The notes: a model not told the origin generated them from the sequence alone. DNA of 64,000 nucleotides from Trueperaceae bacterium (GCA_034520945.1 JAXHNB010000005.1:224001-288000), one strand, 5' to 3'; positions 34,347-43,993 are shown, counted from the stretch's first letter. Made by a program: numbers and translations.

Positions 34347-34909
34347 GTTCCCTCGCCTTTCGTGCGCCAAGCCTCGCGCCGCGCCCGCCAGCGCCGAAGC
34401 AACAGGTACGGGCCCTGCACCGTGCGACTCAGCCCCTCGGTCACCAGCCACGCCAGCGCGAACGCCAGCAGGGCCTCGGCCATGCCGACCCCGAACGCGC
34501 CGCGGGCCCCGACCGACAGCGCCAGGAACGTCCAGATCGTGAACAGGGCCGAGAGGGCGGACCCGAAGTACGGCGTCAGGATCAGGAACGAGAACAGCCG
34601 CGGCGCCTGCGCCAGGCCGACGACGCGCACCACGGCCGAGGGGTCCAGGTCCCGGCCGAACGCCGCCCCCAGCACCGCCAGCACGACGCCCCACACCACC
34701 ACCGACAACGCGAAGCTGGCCGTGCCGAGGGCGAGGCTCAGGGCGAAACGCCGCGGGCGGACCCGCGCCACGAACAGCGCCACCGACTGCCCCACCGCGT
34801 GCGAGGCGCTGGCGATGATCAGCACCGCCAACGCGAGCCACAGTCCGTTCGGGGCCTCCACCACCCGCGCGAACGCGGCCGGGTCCAGGCGCAGCGCACC
34901 CCCGATCAT
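34343..34909 (-). CDS. Yip1-like integral membrane protein
   Basis: About 5 TM helices; GLAQAPRLFSFLILTPYFG. Confidence 0.55.
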   Translation of the reverse strand: MIGGALRLDPAAFARVVEAPNGLWLALAVLIIASASHAVGQSVALFVARVRPRRFALSLALGTASFALSVVVWGVVLAVLGAAFGRDLDPSAVVRVVGLAQAPRLFSFLILTPYFGSALSALFTIWTFLALSVGARGAFGVGMAEALLAFALAWLVTEGLSRTVQGPYLLLRRWRARREAWRTKGEGT

Positions 34910-34912
34910 CGG

Positions 34913-36064
34913 CTAGTGGGCGTGGCCCGCGTCCAGTTCGCCCGGCCTCAGGGGCAGGCGGTCGCCGCGGAAGGCGAAGGCGGCGATGGACGTGGTGAGC
35001 GGCACGGCCAGGACCAGGCCGATCGATCCGACCAGGGTGTGCACCACCTCGGCGGCGATCAGCTCCATGTTCACCGCGCGGCTCAGGCCGAACGAACCTT
35101 GGCTGAGCAGGACCAGTAGGGGCAGGGCCGCGCCGGTGTAGGCCAGAACGAGTGTGTTGACCAGCGACCCGACATGGTCGGTGCCGACCCGCATGCCGCG
35201 CAGGTACAGCGTCCGTAGGTCGCAGTCGGGGTCGGCGTGCGCCAGTTCGCGCACCACGGCGGCCTGCACGATGGTGATGTCGGTCAACGCGCCCAGCGCC
35301 CCCACCAGCAGTCCGGCCAGCATCAGGCCGCGTAGCGCCACCTGCGGCGCGACGGCGGCGATCATGCCCGCGTCTTCGCTGCCGTAGCCGGTGAGGTGAG
35401 CGGCGTTCGCGAAGAACACACCGAGCCCCATCGTGACCACCACCGCGATGGCGGTCCCCACGAGAGCGACGGTCGTCGACCACGACACGCCGTGCACGAA
35501 GTAGATGGCCAGCACCAGGATGCCGCCCACGCCCAGCAGCGACGTCCACACCGGGTCGGCGCCGGCCACGATCCGGGGGACGACGAACCCGATCACGATC
35601 GTTAGGCTGGCCGCCGTCGACACGAACGCACGCAAGCCCTTGTAGCGGGCCACCGCCACCGAGACCAGCAGGAACAGGGCGACCAGCCAGCCCAGGGCAG
35701 GACGACGGATCCAGTCGGACACGACGTAGGTGCGCCGACCGTCAGGCCCTGGCGAGACGTACACCTCGACCCGTTGGCCGGCGCGGAAGGGCGGCGCCGC
35801 CTCCTCGGCGTCCGGGTGTGGCGCCGGAAGCATGGCTTCGACCACGCGGCCGTCGTCCAACGCCACCACGGCGGTCCCGCCGTCCTCGCTCGGCGCTACG
35901 GATTCGAGACGTCCCTCCAGGTAGCCGATCTCGTCGCCGCTCGCCGCCCCCTGCGCCTGCACGGGCAGCGCACCCACCAGGAGCACACCGATCAGGACCG
36001 CCGCGATCCGGATCGCCAGCAGCGCCGAGGGCCATGATCGGCGGGCCACGCGAAGGCCCGTCAC
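34913..36064 (-). CDS. YibE/F family membrane protein
   Basis: GALGALTDITIVQA, DHVGSLVNTLVLAYTGAALP, LVGSIGLVLAVPLTT. Confidence 0.9.
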   Translation of the reverse strand: MTGLRVARRSWPSALLAIRIAAVLIGVLLVGALPVQAQGAASGDEIGYLEGRLESVAPSEDGGTAVVALDDGRVVEAMLPAPHPDAEEAAPPFRAGQRVEVYVSPGPDGRRTYVVSDWIRRPALGWLVALFLLVSVAVARYKGLRAFVSTAASLTIVIGFVVPRIVAGADPVWTSLLGVGGILVLAIYFVHGVSWSTTVALVGTAIAVVVTMGLGVFFANAAHLTGYGSEDAGMIAAVAPQVALRGLMLAGLLVGALGALTDITIVQAAVVRELAHADPDCDLRTLYLRGMRVGTDHVGSLVNTLVLAYTGAALPLLVLLSQGSFGLSRAVNMELIAAEVVHTLVGSIGLVLAVPLTTSIAAFAFRGDRLPLRPGELDAGHAH

Positions 36065-36474
36065 GAGCGCGGCGGCGCGGTGGCGGGTGCGCCCGTGCGG
36101 CCGCAGTACGGGCAGTGCCCGTACAGCGTCAGGGCATGGGCCTCGACGCGGTAGCCGCCCGGCAGGGTCACGCCCTCCAGGCCCGAAACCGGGCAGTCGG
36201 CGTCCAGCTCGTACACGCGGTCGCAGGCCAGGCAGCGGAAGTGATGGTGGTGGCCGCGGCCCGCCGGCTCGTAGCGCGTGGCGTCGTCCGGCAGGTGGAC
36301 CGGTACCACGTCGCCCGACGCCTCCAGGCGGGCGAGGTTGCGGTACACCGTGGCCAGGCCCAGCGTGTGGGCCTCCTGCAGGGCACGTTCGTGAACCTCC
36401 TGCGGGGTCAACGGGCCCGGCGCGGCGTGCAGGGCCTCCAGGATGGCGCGGCGTTGGTGGGTGCGTCGTGGCAT
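36061..36474 (-). CDS. Fur family transcriptional regulator (possibly Zur)
   Basis: RTHQRRAIL, LGLATVYRNL, HHHHFRCLAC, YGHCPYC. Confidence 0.92.
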   Translation of the reverse strand: MPRRTHQRRAILEALHAAPGPLTPQEVHERALQEAHTLGLATVYRNLARLEASGDVVPVHLPDDATRYEPAGRGHHHHFRCLACDRVYELDADCPVSGLEGVTLPGGYRVEAHALTLYGHCPYCGRTGAPATAPPRS

Positions 36475-36494
36475 GACGCTCAGTGCCCGCCCCC

Positions 36495-36854
36495 TCACCC
36501 CTGAGGGCGGGTCGTCAGCATGGGACCGAGCGGTCGGCCCCCAAGTAGGTGGACGTGCAGGTGGTTCACCTCTTGGCCGCCGTGCTCCTTGCAGTTCACG
36601 ATCAGACGGTAGCCGTGGGCCAGGCCTTCGTCGGCGGCGATTTTTCGAGCCACGGTGAACAGCCGTCCCAGCACGGCCTCGTCCTCCTCGCGGACGTCGT
36701 CGACCGTTTCGATCACGTGATTCGGCACGATCAGCACGTGCACCGGCGCTTTCGGCGAGATGTCGCGGAAGGCGGTGACGTCGTCGTCCTGGTACACCAC
36801 GTCGGCGGGGACCTCGCCCCGCACGATCCGTTGAAACAGCGTGTCCTCGGGCAT
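36495..36854 (-). CDS. hinT: Histidine triad nucleotide-binding protein
   Basis: [27 protein letters not shown]. Confidence 0.92.
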   Translation of the reverse strand: MPEDTLFQRIVRGEVPADVVYQDDDVTAFRDISPKAPVHVLIVPNHVIETVDDVREEDEAVLGRLFTVARKIAADEGLAHGYRLIVNCKEHGGQEVNHLHVHLLGGRPLGPMLTTRPQG

Positions 36855-36863
36855 GGCGACAGT

Positions 36864-37406
36864 CTACTGGCCGTCGGCGCCGGACGCCGCATCGGCGAGT
36901 TCGCGCATCGTGAACAAGGCGCGCAGCTCCACGCCGATGTCGCGCATGGCGCCCGGGCCGCCCGCTTCCCGGTCGATGACGCATACGGCGTGCGAGACGA
37001 GGGCGCCCCGCTCGCGCAGGTCGCGGATGGAGGCCAGCAGCTGCCCCCCCGAGGTCACCACGTCTTCGACCACGAGCAGTCGCCGCCCCTCCACCTCGCC
37101 CCCTTCGGCCAGCCGCCGTGTGCCGTACGCCTTGGCCTCCTTGCGCACGAAGCGGGCGGGCAGGCCGGAGCGCTGCGCCAGCATCACCGCGAGCGGAATG
37201 CCGCCCGTCTCGAGCCCCGCGAAGGCGTCGATGCCGTCGGGAACCGTTCTCATCAAGGCGTCGCTCACGCGCCCCAACAGGACGGGATCGGCCTCGAACA
37301 GGTACTTGTCGAAGTACTCACTGCTGACCACGCCGCTGCGGAGGGTGAACGAACCCTGCAGGTGGGAGGCGCGGTACAGGTCGCGGGCCAGCGAAGCGTC
37401 GTCCAT
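36864..37406 (-). CDS. pyrE: Orotate phosphoribosyltransferase
   Basis: FTLRSG, VRKEAKAYG, VVEDVVTSGG; ATG 37406. Confidence 0.9.
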   Translation of the reverse strand: MDDASLARDLYRASHLQGSFTLRSGVVSSEYFDKYLFEADPVLLGRVSDALMRTVPDGIDAFAGLETGGIPLAVMLAQRSGLPARFVRKEAKAYGTRRLAEGGEVEGRRLLVVEDVVTSGGQLLASIRDLRERGALVSHAVCVIDREAGGPGAMRDIGVELRALFTMRELADAASGADGQ

Positions 37407-37596
37407 GCCGAAAGGATACCGCGGGCCGCGCCCATGCCCTAGGCGGGCGCACAGCGTACGTGCTAGAATCTCAGGAATGTGCCGGGCCCGCGCTCGGCCG
37501 CACCGCAATGTTCGCGGACGGCCCTGGACCGGGCGACCGGACGGCACCACGCCACCGCGTACCACGGGGCTTCGCGCCCCGCCCTAGGAGGAACCG

Positions 37597-37839
37597 ATGC
37601 CACGAGTGTGCGCCGTCACCGGCAAGAAGACCCGCAGCACCCAGTCCAGCAAGCGCAAGGGCTCGCCCAAGAAGCGGGGCGGCGTCGGCGTCAAGCAGGT
37701 CGGCGTCCACAAGCGCCAGGTCAAGCCGAACCTTCAGAAGCGGACCGTCTGGGTGGACGGTAAGCCGAAGCGGGTGTGGTTGTCGGCCAAGGCGATGAAA
37801 AACATGGATGCCACCGCGTTCGTGAACCCGAGCAAGTAG
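37597..37839 (+). CDS. rpmB: 50S ribosomal protein L28
   Basis: MPRVCAVTGKK...GGVG...KPNLQK..VWLSAKAMK; AGGAGG SD. Confidence 0.92.
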   Translation: MPRVCAVTGKKTRSTQSSKRKGSPKKRGGVGVKQVGVHKRQVKPNLQKRTVWVDGKPKRVWLSAKAMKNMDATAFVNPSK

Positions 37840-37869
37840 CCACCGCCACGCCGAGCTTCGCAGCGTGCG

Positions 37870-37895
37870 CAGGCCCGCCCCACGGGGCGGGCCTG
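37870..37895 (+). terminator. GC-rich hairpin after rpmB
   Basis: CAGGCCCGCCCC-AC-GGGGCGGGCCTG inverted repeat; weak U tail. Confidence 0.55.
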
Positions 37896-37927
37896 ATCGT
37901 CGTTCGCCGGAGGGAGGGGCCGGGGCG

Positions 37928-37983
37928 TTGCATTGCCCCGAGCCACCGGGTACAGTCGCGCTCATGAAAACGCATTCTCAAGA
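37928..37983 (+). promoter_or_regulatory. znuA promoter with candidate Fur/Zur-type operator
   Basis: TTGCAT-17bp-TACAGT; AT-rich imperfect palindrome TCATGAAAACGCATTCTCAAGA (37962-37983). Confidence 0.55.
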
Positions 37984-38926
37984 ACTGGCGAGCTGGCACC
38001 GTCGTCTACGCTGGGGCGCCCTCTCGGCCCTCCTGTCGTTCGCCGCGCTCGCCAGCGCGTCGGGCCTCCACGTCGTGGTGTCCATCCCGCCGTACCAGGA
38101 GGTCGTGGCGCGGTTGGCCGGGGCCGACGCCACGGTGGAGGTCTTGCTCCCGCCCGGCGCCAGTCCGCACGCCTACGATCCCACGCCGCGCGACCTGGCC
38201 CGCCTGGAAGGGGCCGACCTGGTCGTGCTGAACGGCGGCGTGGACGCGTTCGTCCACACGCTCGTGGACGGCGCGGGCGGGCACGCGGCGGTGTTCGTGG
38301 CGCTCGACGCCCTGGCGGAGGCGGACCCGCACCGCACGCACGAGGCGGGCGAAGGGGCGCACGAGGAGGACGAAACGCACGAAGGGCACGAGGAGGACCA
38401 CGACGACGAATTTGATCACGGCGGGCCGAACCCCCACGTGTGGTTGGACCCGGTGCAGATGACCCAGATCGTGCAGGCCCTGGCCGAGCGCATGGTGGAG
38501 ATCGCGCCGGAACGCGCGGACGCCACCCGGGCGGCAGCCGATACCCTGGTGGACGAGCTGGAGGCATTGGACGCCGAACTGCGAACCCTGCTGGCGCCGG
38601 TCCGCGGGGCCGCCTTCGTGCCGTTCCACGACGCCTGGCCGCACTTCGCCGCCCGCTACGATCTCGACCTCGTGCTCGAGATCGAGCCGTTTCCGGGACG
38701 GGAGCCGGGCGCGGGCGAACTGGCCCGCGCCGTACGCGCGGTACGGGAGGCCGGCGCCCGGGCCATCTTCGACGAAGCGCAGCTGGCGGGCCGCTCCGCG
38801 CAGGTGCTGGCGGACGAGGCGGGCGTCGAGGTGGCGACGCTCGACCCGCTGGGCGACGGCGGGCCCTACGCCGAGCTGCTGAGGCGCAACGCCCAGACGA
38901 TCCTCGCCGCCCTCGCGGAGGAGTGA
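37964..38926 (+). CDS. znuA: Zn/Mn ABC transporter substrate-binding protein
   Basis: PGASPHAY, His/Glu-rich loop, NPHVWLDP, HDAWPHF. Confidence 0.88.
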   Translation: MKTHSQELASWHRRLRWGALSALLSFAALASASGLHVVVSIPPYQEVVARLAGADATVEVLLPPGASPHAYDPTPRDLARLEGADLVVLNGGVDAFVHTLVDGAGGHAAVFVALDALAEADPHRTHEAGEGAHEEDETHEGHEEDHDDEFDHGGPNPHVWLDPVQMTQIVQALAERMVEIAPERADATRAAADTLVDELEALDAELRTLLAPVRGAAFVPFHDAWPHFAARYDLDLVLEIEPFPGREPGAGELARAVRAVREAGARAIFDEAQLAGRSAQVLADEAGVEVATLDPLGDGGPYAELLRRNAQTILAALAEE

Positions 38927-38927
38927 C

Positions 38928-39665
38928 GTGCGGCCGCCGGCGGTGCGCTTGGACGGCGCCTGCGTCCGCGCCGGCGACGTCGAGGTCCTGAACGACGTCA
39001 CCTTCGCGCTCCCGGCGGGGCGTTTCCTCGCGGTGATCGGACCGAACGGCGCGGGCAAGTCCACGCTGGTCCGGCTGCTGCTCGGCTTGATCCACCCGCA
39101 CCGCGGGTCGGCCGAGGTGTTCGGGGGCGTGCCCGGTCGCGCCCCGGAGCGGATCGGCTACGTGCCGCAGCTGAAGTCGTTCGACCGCAGCTTCCCCGCC
39201 ACCGCGCTGGAGTTGGTGGTGTCGGGGGTGCGGCGCGCCTGGCCCGGGCGGGCCACGCGGCACGAGACGAAGGCCGCTCGGGCTGCGCTCGCGCGTGTCG
39301 GGGCGCCGCACCTCGCGGCGCGCGCCTTGGCGCGCCTGTCGGCGGGCGAACTGCAGCGGGCGTTCCTCGCGCGCGCCCTGGTGCGCGGTCCCGACCTGCT
39401 GCTGCTGGACGAGCCGGCGACCGGCGTGGACGTGCTGGCCGAGCACGACCTGTACGAGCTCCTCGAAGCGCACCAAGCCGCCACTGGCGCGACGGTCGTG
39501 ATGGTCACCCACGACCTGTCCGCCGCCCGACACCACGCCAGCGACGTGCTGGTTCTGAACCGAAGCGTCCACGGCTTCGGGCCGCCCGAACAGGCCCTCC
39601 AAGCCCACTGCCTGGAGCGCGCCTACGGGCACGTCGGACACGCCCATGGGGTCGCGCTGCCATGA
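38928..39665 (+). CDS. znuC: Zn/Mn ABC transporter ATPase
   Basis: GPNGAGKST, IGYVPQ, LLDEP, VTHDL. Confidence 0.88.
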   Translation: MRPPAVRLDGACVRAGDVEVLNDVTFALPAGRFLAVIGPNGAGKSTLVRLLLGLIHPHRGSAEVFGGVPGRAPERIGYVPQLKSFDRSFPATALELVVSGVRRAWPGRATRHETKAARAALARVGAPHLAARALARLSAGELQRAFLARALVRGPDLLLLDEPATGVDVLAEHDLYELLEAHQAATGATVVMVTHDLSAARHHASDVLVLNRSVHGFGPPEQALQAHCLERAYGHVGHAHGVALP

Positions 39666-40504
39666 TCCTCGAGCTGCAGGAGATGCTCGGCTTCTCGTTC
39701 ATGCAGCGCGCGTTCCTCGGGGGGGCGGCGGTGGCGCTCATGGCCGGCCTGCTGGGCACCTTCGTCGTGCAACGCGGGTTGTCGTTCCTCGGCGACGGTC
39801 TGGCGCACGCCTCCTTCGGCGGCCTCGCGCTGGGCGCGCTGATCGCGTCGACCACCGCCGCCACCGGTGCGATGGGCCAGCCGTTGCTGATCGCGTTGCC
39901 GTTCACGGTGCTGGTGGCGTTGCTGATCGCGTGGGTGCGGGACGTCACCACCCTGTCCAGCGACACGGCGATCGGGGTGTTCTTCGCGGTCTCCGTCTCG
40001 CTGGGGGTGCTGTTCCTGTCCCGCATCCCGCCGGACCAGAACGTGATCGACGTGTGGCACCTGTTGTTCGGTTCCATCCTCGCGGTCGGCCCAGGCGACC
40101 TTCGGGTGATCCTCGCCACCGCAGCCCTCGTCCTGATCCTGGTGACGTGGCTGTGGGGCCGCTGGGCGTACGCGACCTTCGACGCGGAGCTGGCCCGGAG
40201 CGACGGAGTGCCGGTCCGCCGCTTGGACTACGCGCTGTTCGTGCTGGCCGCCGTCGCGGTCGTGGTCAGCGCGCAGGTGGTGGGCGTGATCCTGATGGCG
40301 GCCTACCTGGTGATCCCGGCGGCGTCGGCGCGCTTGCTGGCACGGTCGCTGATGGGGATGAGCGTCGGATCGGTCGCGATCGGCTTGGTCACCACCCTGG
40401 CCGGGCTCACGGGGTCGTACCTGTTCGACGTGCCCAGCGGGTCCGCCATCGTGTTGTTGCAGGCCTGCACGTTCGCCCTCGCCATGATGCTGCGGCCGCG
40501 TTAG
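39662..40504 (+). CDS. znuB: Zn/Mn ABC transporter permease
   Basis: FMQRA, GDGLAHASF, LFGSIL, VVGVIL. Confidence 0.88.
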   Translation: MILELQEMLGFSFMQRAFLGGAAVALMAGLLGTFVVQRGLSFLGDGLAHASFGGLALGALIASTTAATGAMGQPLLIALPFTVLVALLIAWVRDVTTLSSDTAIGVFFAVSVSLGVLFLSRIPPDQNVIDVWHLLFGSILAVGPGDLRVILATAALVLILVTWLWGRWAYATFDAELARSDGVPVRRLDYALFVLAAVAVVVSAQVVGVILMAAYLVIPAASARLLARSLMGMSVGSVAIGLVTTLAGLTGSYLFDVPSGSAIVLLQACTFALAMMLRPR

Positions 40505-42399
40505 TCGTCGCCGTCGCCCCGGCCGCTGGGAAGAGCCTTCGCGGCCGGCGCCGCATCTTCGTCGTCCGCGCCCGTGCCCTGTTCGCGGCGGGCCGCCTCG
40601 ATCAGGTCGGCGAAGCGTTCGTCGATGCGGGCCTGCACCTCACGGTCCATCACGATCTTGTCGGGCCACGGGCGGGTGAAGCCCTCCGACGCGAGCTTCG
40701 GCGTGCCGTCCACCACCCAGGTCGGTCCACTGAGCGCATCCTCGATCACCTGGACGTCGCGCTCGGGGTCGATGTTGTTCAGCATGGTCCACATGCACGC
40801 CTCGAAGTCGCCGGTGTCGGTGGTCTCGTCCAGGACCGCGATCCACCGCACCCCCCGTGCCGCGGTCTGCCGTGCCGCCCACTCGCCCAGGTGACGGCCC
40901 TGATCACTGCGCGTCTTGCGGGTAGCGATGAACCAGAAGCCACCGCCCGGTTGGTGCTGTCCGGTGATCTCGCCGTGGTGCGGCAGCACGGAGGCGTGGC
41001 GCGGGCCGGCCGGTTCGAAGCGGTCCTCGCCCCCCTCCTCCTCGTGCTTGATCGTGCCGTCCAGCACCAGCTTGCTGCCGTACCCCCAGGCGCGGCTGGC
41101 GTGGTCCAGCACGTCGATCGGCCCCTTGGCGAGCTGCTGGTCGCGCCCAGGGCGGGCGTGCCTGAGCACGTGTCGCCAGAACGCGGCGTGCTCCTGCGGC
41201 GCGACCGTGCCATGGTCGGTGACGAGGATGACCTTGGCGAACATCATCTGCCCCAAACCCAGCAGCCCGTTCGCGACCTTGTACGCCTGGCCCGGATAGC
41301 TCTTGCGGATGGTGACGTTGACCAGGTTGTGCGCGATGCCGGCGGGCGGCATGTGGTAATCGATCAACTCGGGCAGGATCAACTGCGCCGGGGGCAGGAA
41401 CAGGCGTTCGCTGGCCTCGATGAAGGCCGCGTCCTCCATCGGGGGGCGGCCCACGATGGTGGTGGGATAGATGGCGTCGCGCCGCATGGTGACGGCCGTG
41501 ACGTGAAACGTCGGATAGTCGTCCACCAGCGTGTAGAAGCCGGTGTGATCGCCGAACGGTCCCTCCGGCCGCCACGGTTCGGCAGGGTCGACGTACCCCT
41601 CGAGCACCATCTCGGCGTGCGCCGGCACGTCCAGATCGACGCTGACGCCCTTGGTGACCTCCGTGCGGCGCCCCCGCAACCATCCGGCGAGCGAGAACTC
41701 GTTCAGGCCCGGAACCGGCGGCAGCGGCGCGGTGGCGGCGTAGATCAGCGCCGGGTCGCCCCCCAACGCCACCGCGACCGGAAGCGGACGGCCGGTGGCG
41801 GCCGCGTTCTCGAGGTGCCGCGCCCCGGTCTTGTGGCGTTGCCAGTGCATGCCGGTGGTGCGGGGACCGTACACCTGCATGCGGTACATCCCGACGTTGA
41901 CGTCGCCGCGGACCGGATCGCGCGTGATCACCAGGGGGAGCGTCACGAACGGCCCCCCGTCCCCCGGCCAGCAGGTCAGGACCGGCAGGCGGCCCAGATC
42001 CACCTCGTCGCCCCGCCACACCACCTGCTGGGCCGGCGCCCGGCGCACCCGCTTCGGCGGCAGCGCCGCCAACGAACGAAGCTTCGGTAGGTTCGACGCC
42101 AGCCCCATCAGGCCGCTCCCCACCTTCATGTCCAGCAGCGCATGCACGCGCTGGCCCAGCTCGTCGAGGCTGCCGACCCCGAGCGCCCGCGCCAACCGCT
42201 GCGGCGTCGCGAACAGGTTGATGGCGAGGGGGTAATCGCTGCCGACCACGTTCTCGAACAGCAACGCCGGCCCCCCGGCCTTCACCAGGCGGTCCGCCAA
42301 GGCGGTGATCTCGAGCTCCGCCGAGATCGGTTCGCGGACGCGTACCAGATCGCCCGTGCGGTCGAGCTCCCGTACGAAGCTCTGAAGGTCCCGGGTCAT
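40501..42399 (-). CDS. UbiD family (menaquinone biosynthesis-type) decarboxylase
   Basis: GGPALLFE, NVGMYRMQ, EGPFGDHTGFY, VGRPPMED, GLGQMMFAK. Confidence 0.9.
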   Translation of the reverse strand: MTRDLQSFVRELDRTGDLVRVREPISAELEITALADRLVKAGGPALLFENVVGSDYPLAINLFATPQRLARALGVGSLDELGQRVHALLDMKVGSGLMGLASNLPKLRSLAALPPKRVRRAPAQQVVWRGDEVDLGRLPVLTCWPGDGGPFVTLPLVITRDPVRGDVNVGMYRMQVYGPRTTGMHWQRHKTGARHLENAAATGRPLPVAVALGGDPALIYAATAPLPPVPGLNEFSLAGWLRGRRTEVTKGVSVDLDVPAHAEMVLEGYVDPAEPWRPEGPFGDHTGFYTLVDDYPTFHVTAVTMRRDAIYPTTIVGRPPMEDAAFIEASERLFLPPAQLILPELIDYHMPPAGIAHNLVNVTIRKSYPGQAYKVANGLLGLGQMMFAKVILVTDHGTVAPQEHAAFWRHVLRHARPGRDQQLAKGPIDVLDHASRAWGYGSKLVLDGTIKHEEEGGEDRFEPAGPRHASVLPHHGEITGQHQPGGGFWFIATRKTRSDQGRHLGEWAARQTAARGVRWIAVLDETTDTGDFEACMWTMLNNIDPERDVQVIEDALSGPTWVVDGTPKLASEGFTRPWPDKIVMDREVQARIDERFADLIEAARREQGTGADDEDAAPAAKALPSGRGDGDD

Positions 42400-42497
42400 G
42401 CCTGCATGCTACTAGCCGCGAAGGCGCACGGCCGCGCGTTTCGACACGCCGCGGCCGTGCGTCCAGGCGGACGGCCGACGCCCAGGAGCGCACGCCA

Positions 42498-43901
42498 TCA
42501 GAACAGCCGCGTAAGGATGCGGGCCCCCGCCAGGTACGTCCCCACCGCCGAGCCGAGCGTCGCGCCGAAGAACACCAGCAAGGTGCGTGCCACGCGGTTG
42601 CGGTACCAGCCGCGCATGGTGGTGGTGTCGCGGCGCAGTGTCGCGAAGTCGCCCATGCTGGGCTTGCGACGCCATAACTCGAGGCCGGCCGCCACGAAGC
42701 CCGCCCCGATGGTGGGGTTGAGGCTGGTGAACGGCGCTGCGAGGACCGTGCCGATGACCGTCACCGGATGTGCCGACGCCAGAAGGGTGCCCAACGCCGT
42801 GGTGGCGGCGTTGATCAGGAACCAGTCCCCCACCAGTTGGCGGCCGAGGTCGGGATCGCGGACGAAGCCGGTCACGAACCCGGCCAGGATCAGGGCCACG
42901 AGAATCCACGGAAACGCCCGCCGCCACGCGGGCGGGGGCGGGACGTGCGTCAGCTCGCGAATGCGGGCGTCGGGATCGGCCACCGCGGCTGCGCCAGCGG
43001 CGTCCGCGTCGGTCGCGGGCTCGGACGCGGCGGCGGCATGGCGCAGAAGGGCGGCGAGCCCCTTGAGGTGACCGGCCCCGATCACCACCAGCACCTCGCG
43101 CGGTCCGTCGCTCGAAGACCGGCTGGCACGCGCGGCCTCTTGGCGAAGCCGGGCCGCCATGTAGTGGTCGCGCTCCTCGATCAGCGGCACGTACAGCCGC
43201 TGTGAACGTTCGGCGAACTCGGCGAACGTCGATTCCAGCACGTCGCCGTCCTTGAGCCGCTCGATTTCGTCTTCGTCGATCTCGTCGCTGGACAGCAGGC
43301 CGGCCAGCAGGCCGGCCATCAGCGTCAGCCTGCGCCACCACGGCACGTTCGCGTACACGCGGCGCAGCGTGATGCCGAGGTCGCGATCCACCAGCCACAG
43401 CGGCACCCCCGCCGCTTCGGACGCCTGAATGGCGTCCCGCATCTCCTGGCCGGGCTCGATGCCGTACTGGTCGGCCAGGCGCTGCTGAAACGCCCCCAAC
43501 GCCAGGTTGGCGGCCATCGTTCCGGCCCGTCCGCTGCGGATGACGGTGAACAGGTCGGTCTTGAGCATGCGATCCGGATCGGTGAGGGCCGCGTGGCGCG
43601 AGGCGTCCAACTCGACCGCCACCGCGTCATAGCGGCCGGACGCGATGCGGTCGCGGACCTCCTCGGCGCTGGCGCGCGAGACGTGCGCGGTGCCGAGCAG
43701 CGTGAAGCGGACCTGGCCCAGTCGCAGCGTCTCGGTCGGCCCGGAACGAGGCGATGCCCCTTCCGAAGGCGCGGCGGGTCCGGTCGCGTCCGTCGCGTCC
43801 GTCGCGTCCGTCGCGTCCATGCGCCCCTCCACGGCCGTGGGCGCGTCCTCGTCGCCGGCCGTGACGCTGGGCGTGGGATGGGGTCGCTCGCCGTTCGTCA
43901 T
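42498..43901 (-). CDS. TraB/GumN (PrgY) family protein
   Basis: LLGTAHVS, AVELD, PGQEM, LVDRD, EERD, VIGAGH plus TM tail. Confidence 0.88.
   Translation of the reverse strand: MTNGERPHPTPSVTAGDEDAPTAVEGRMDATDATDATDATGPAAPSEGASPRSGPTETLRLGQVRFTLLGTAHVSRASAEEVRDRIASGRYDAVAVELDASRHAALTDPDRMLKTDLFTVIRSGRAGTMAANLALGAFQQRLADQYGIEPGQEMRDAIQASEAAGVPLWLVDRDLGITLRRVYANVPWWRRLTLMAGLLAGLLSSDEIDEDEIERLKDGDVLESTFAEFAERSQRLYVPLIEERDHYMAARLRQEAARASRSSSDGPREVLVVIGAGHLKGLAALLRHAAAASEPATDADAAGAAAVADPDARIRELTHVPPPPAWRRAFPWILVALILAGFVTGFVRDPDLGRQLVGDWFLINAATTALGTLLASAHPVTVIGTVLAAPFTSLNPTIGAGFVAAGLELWRRKPSMGDFATLRRDTTTMRGWYRNRVARTLLVFFGATLGSAVGTYLAGARILTRLF
43783..43818. repeat. 9-bp tandem repeat (GTCGCGTCC)x4
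   Basis: Four exact copies; encode (DAT)4 in the TraB-family N-terminus. Confidence 0.85.
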
Positions 43902-43993
43902 GGCGTCCGAGTGTACCGCTCCCCGCGGTAGGGGCGCGTCCACGGGCGCGGAGGACGCTGCGGCGAGGCGGTTCAGCCGGTAGGCTCGGCCCT

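Noticed and set aside
37597..37839. L28 (and L31 at 45903-46115) as Zn-starvation C-minus paralogues, because rpmB sits next to znuACB
   Set aside because: From recall, Deinococcus L28 and L31 lack the full Cys motif by default. A hairpin and a separate promoter divide rpmB from znuA, and no Zur-like palindrome is visible at rpmB.
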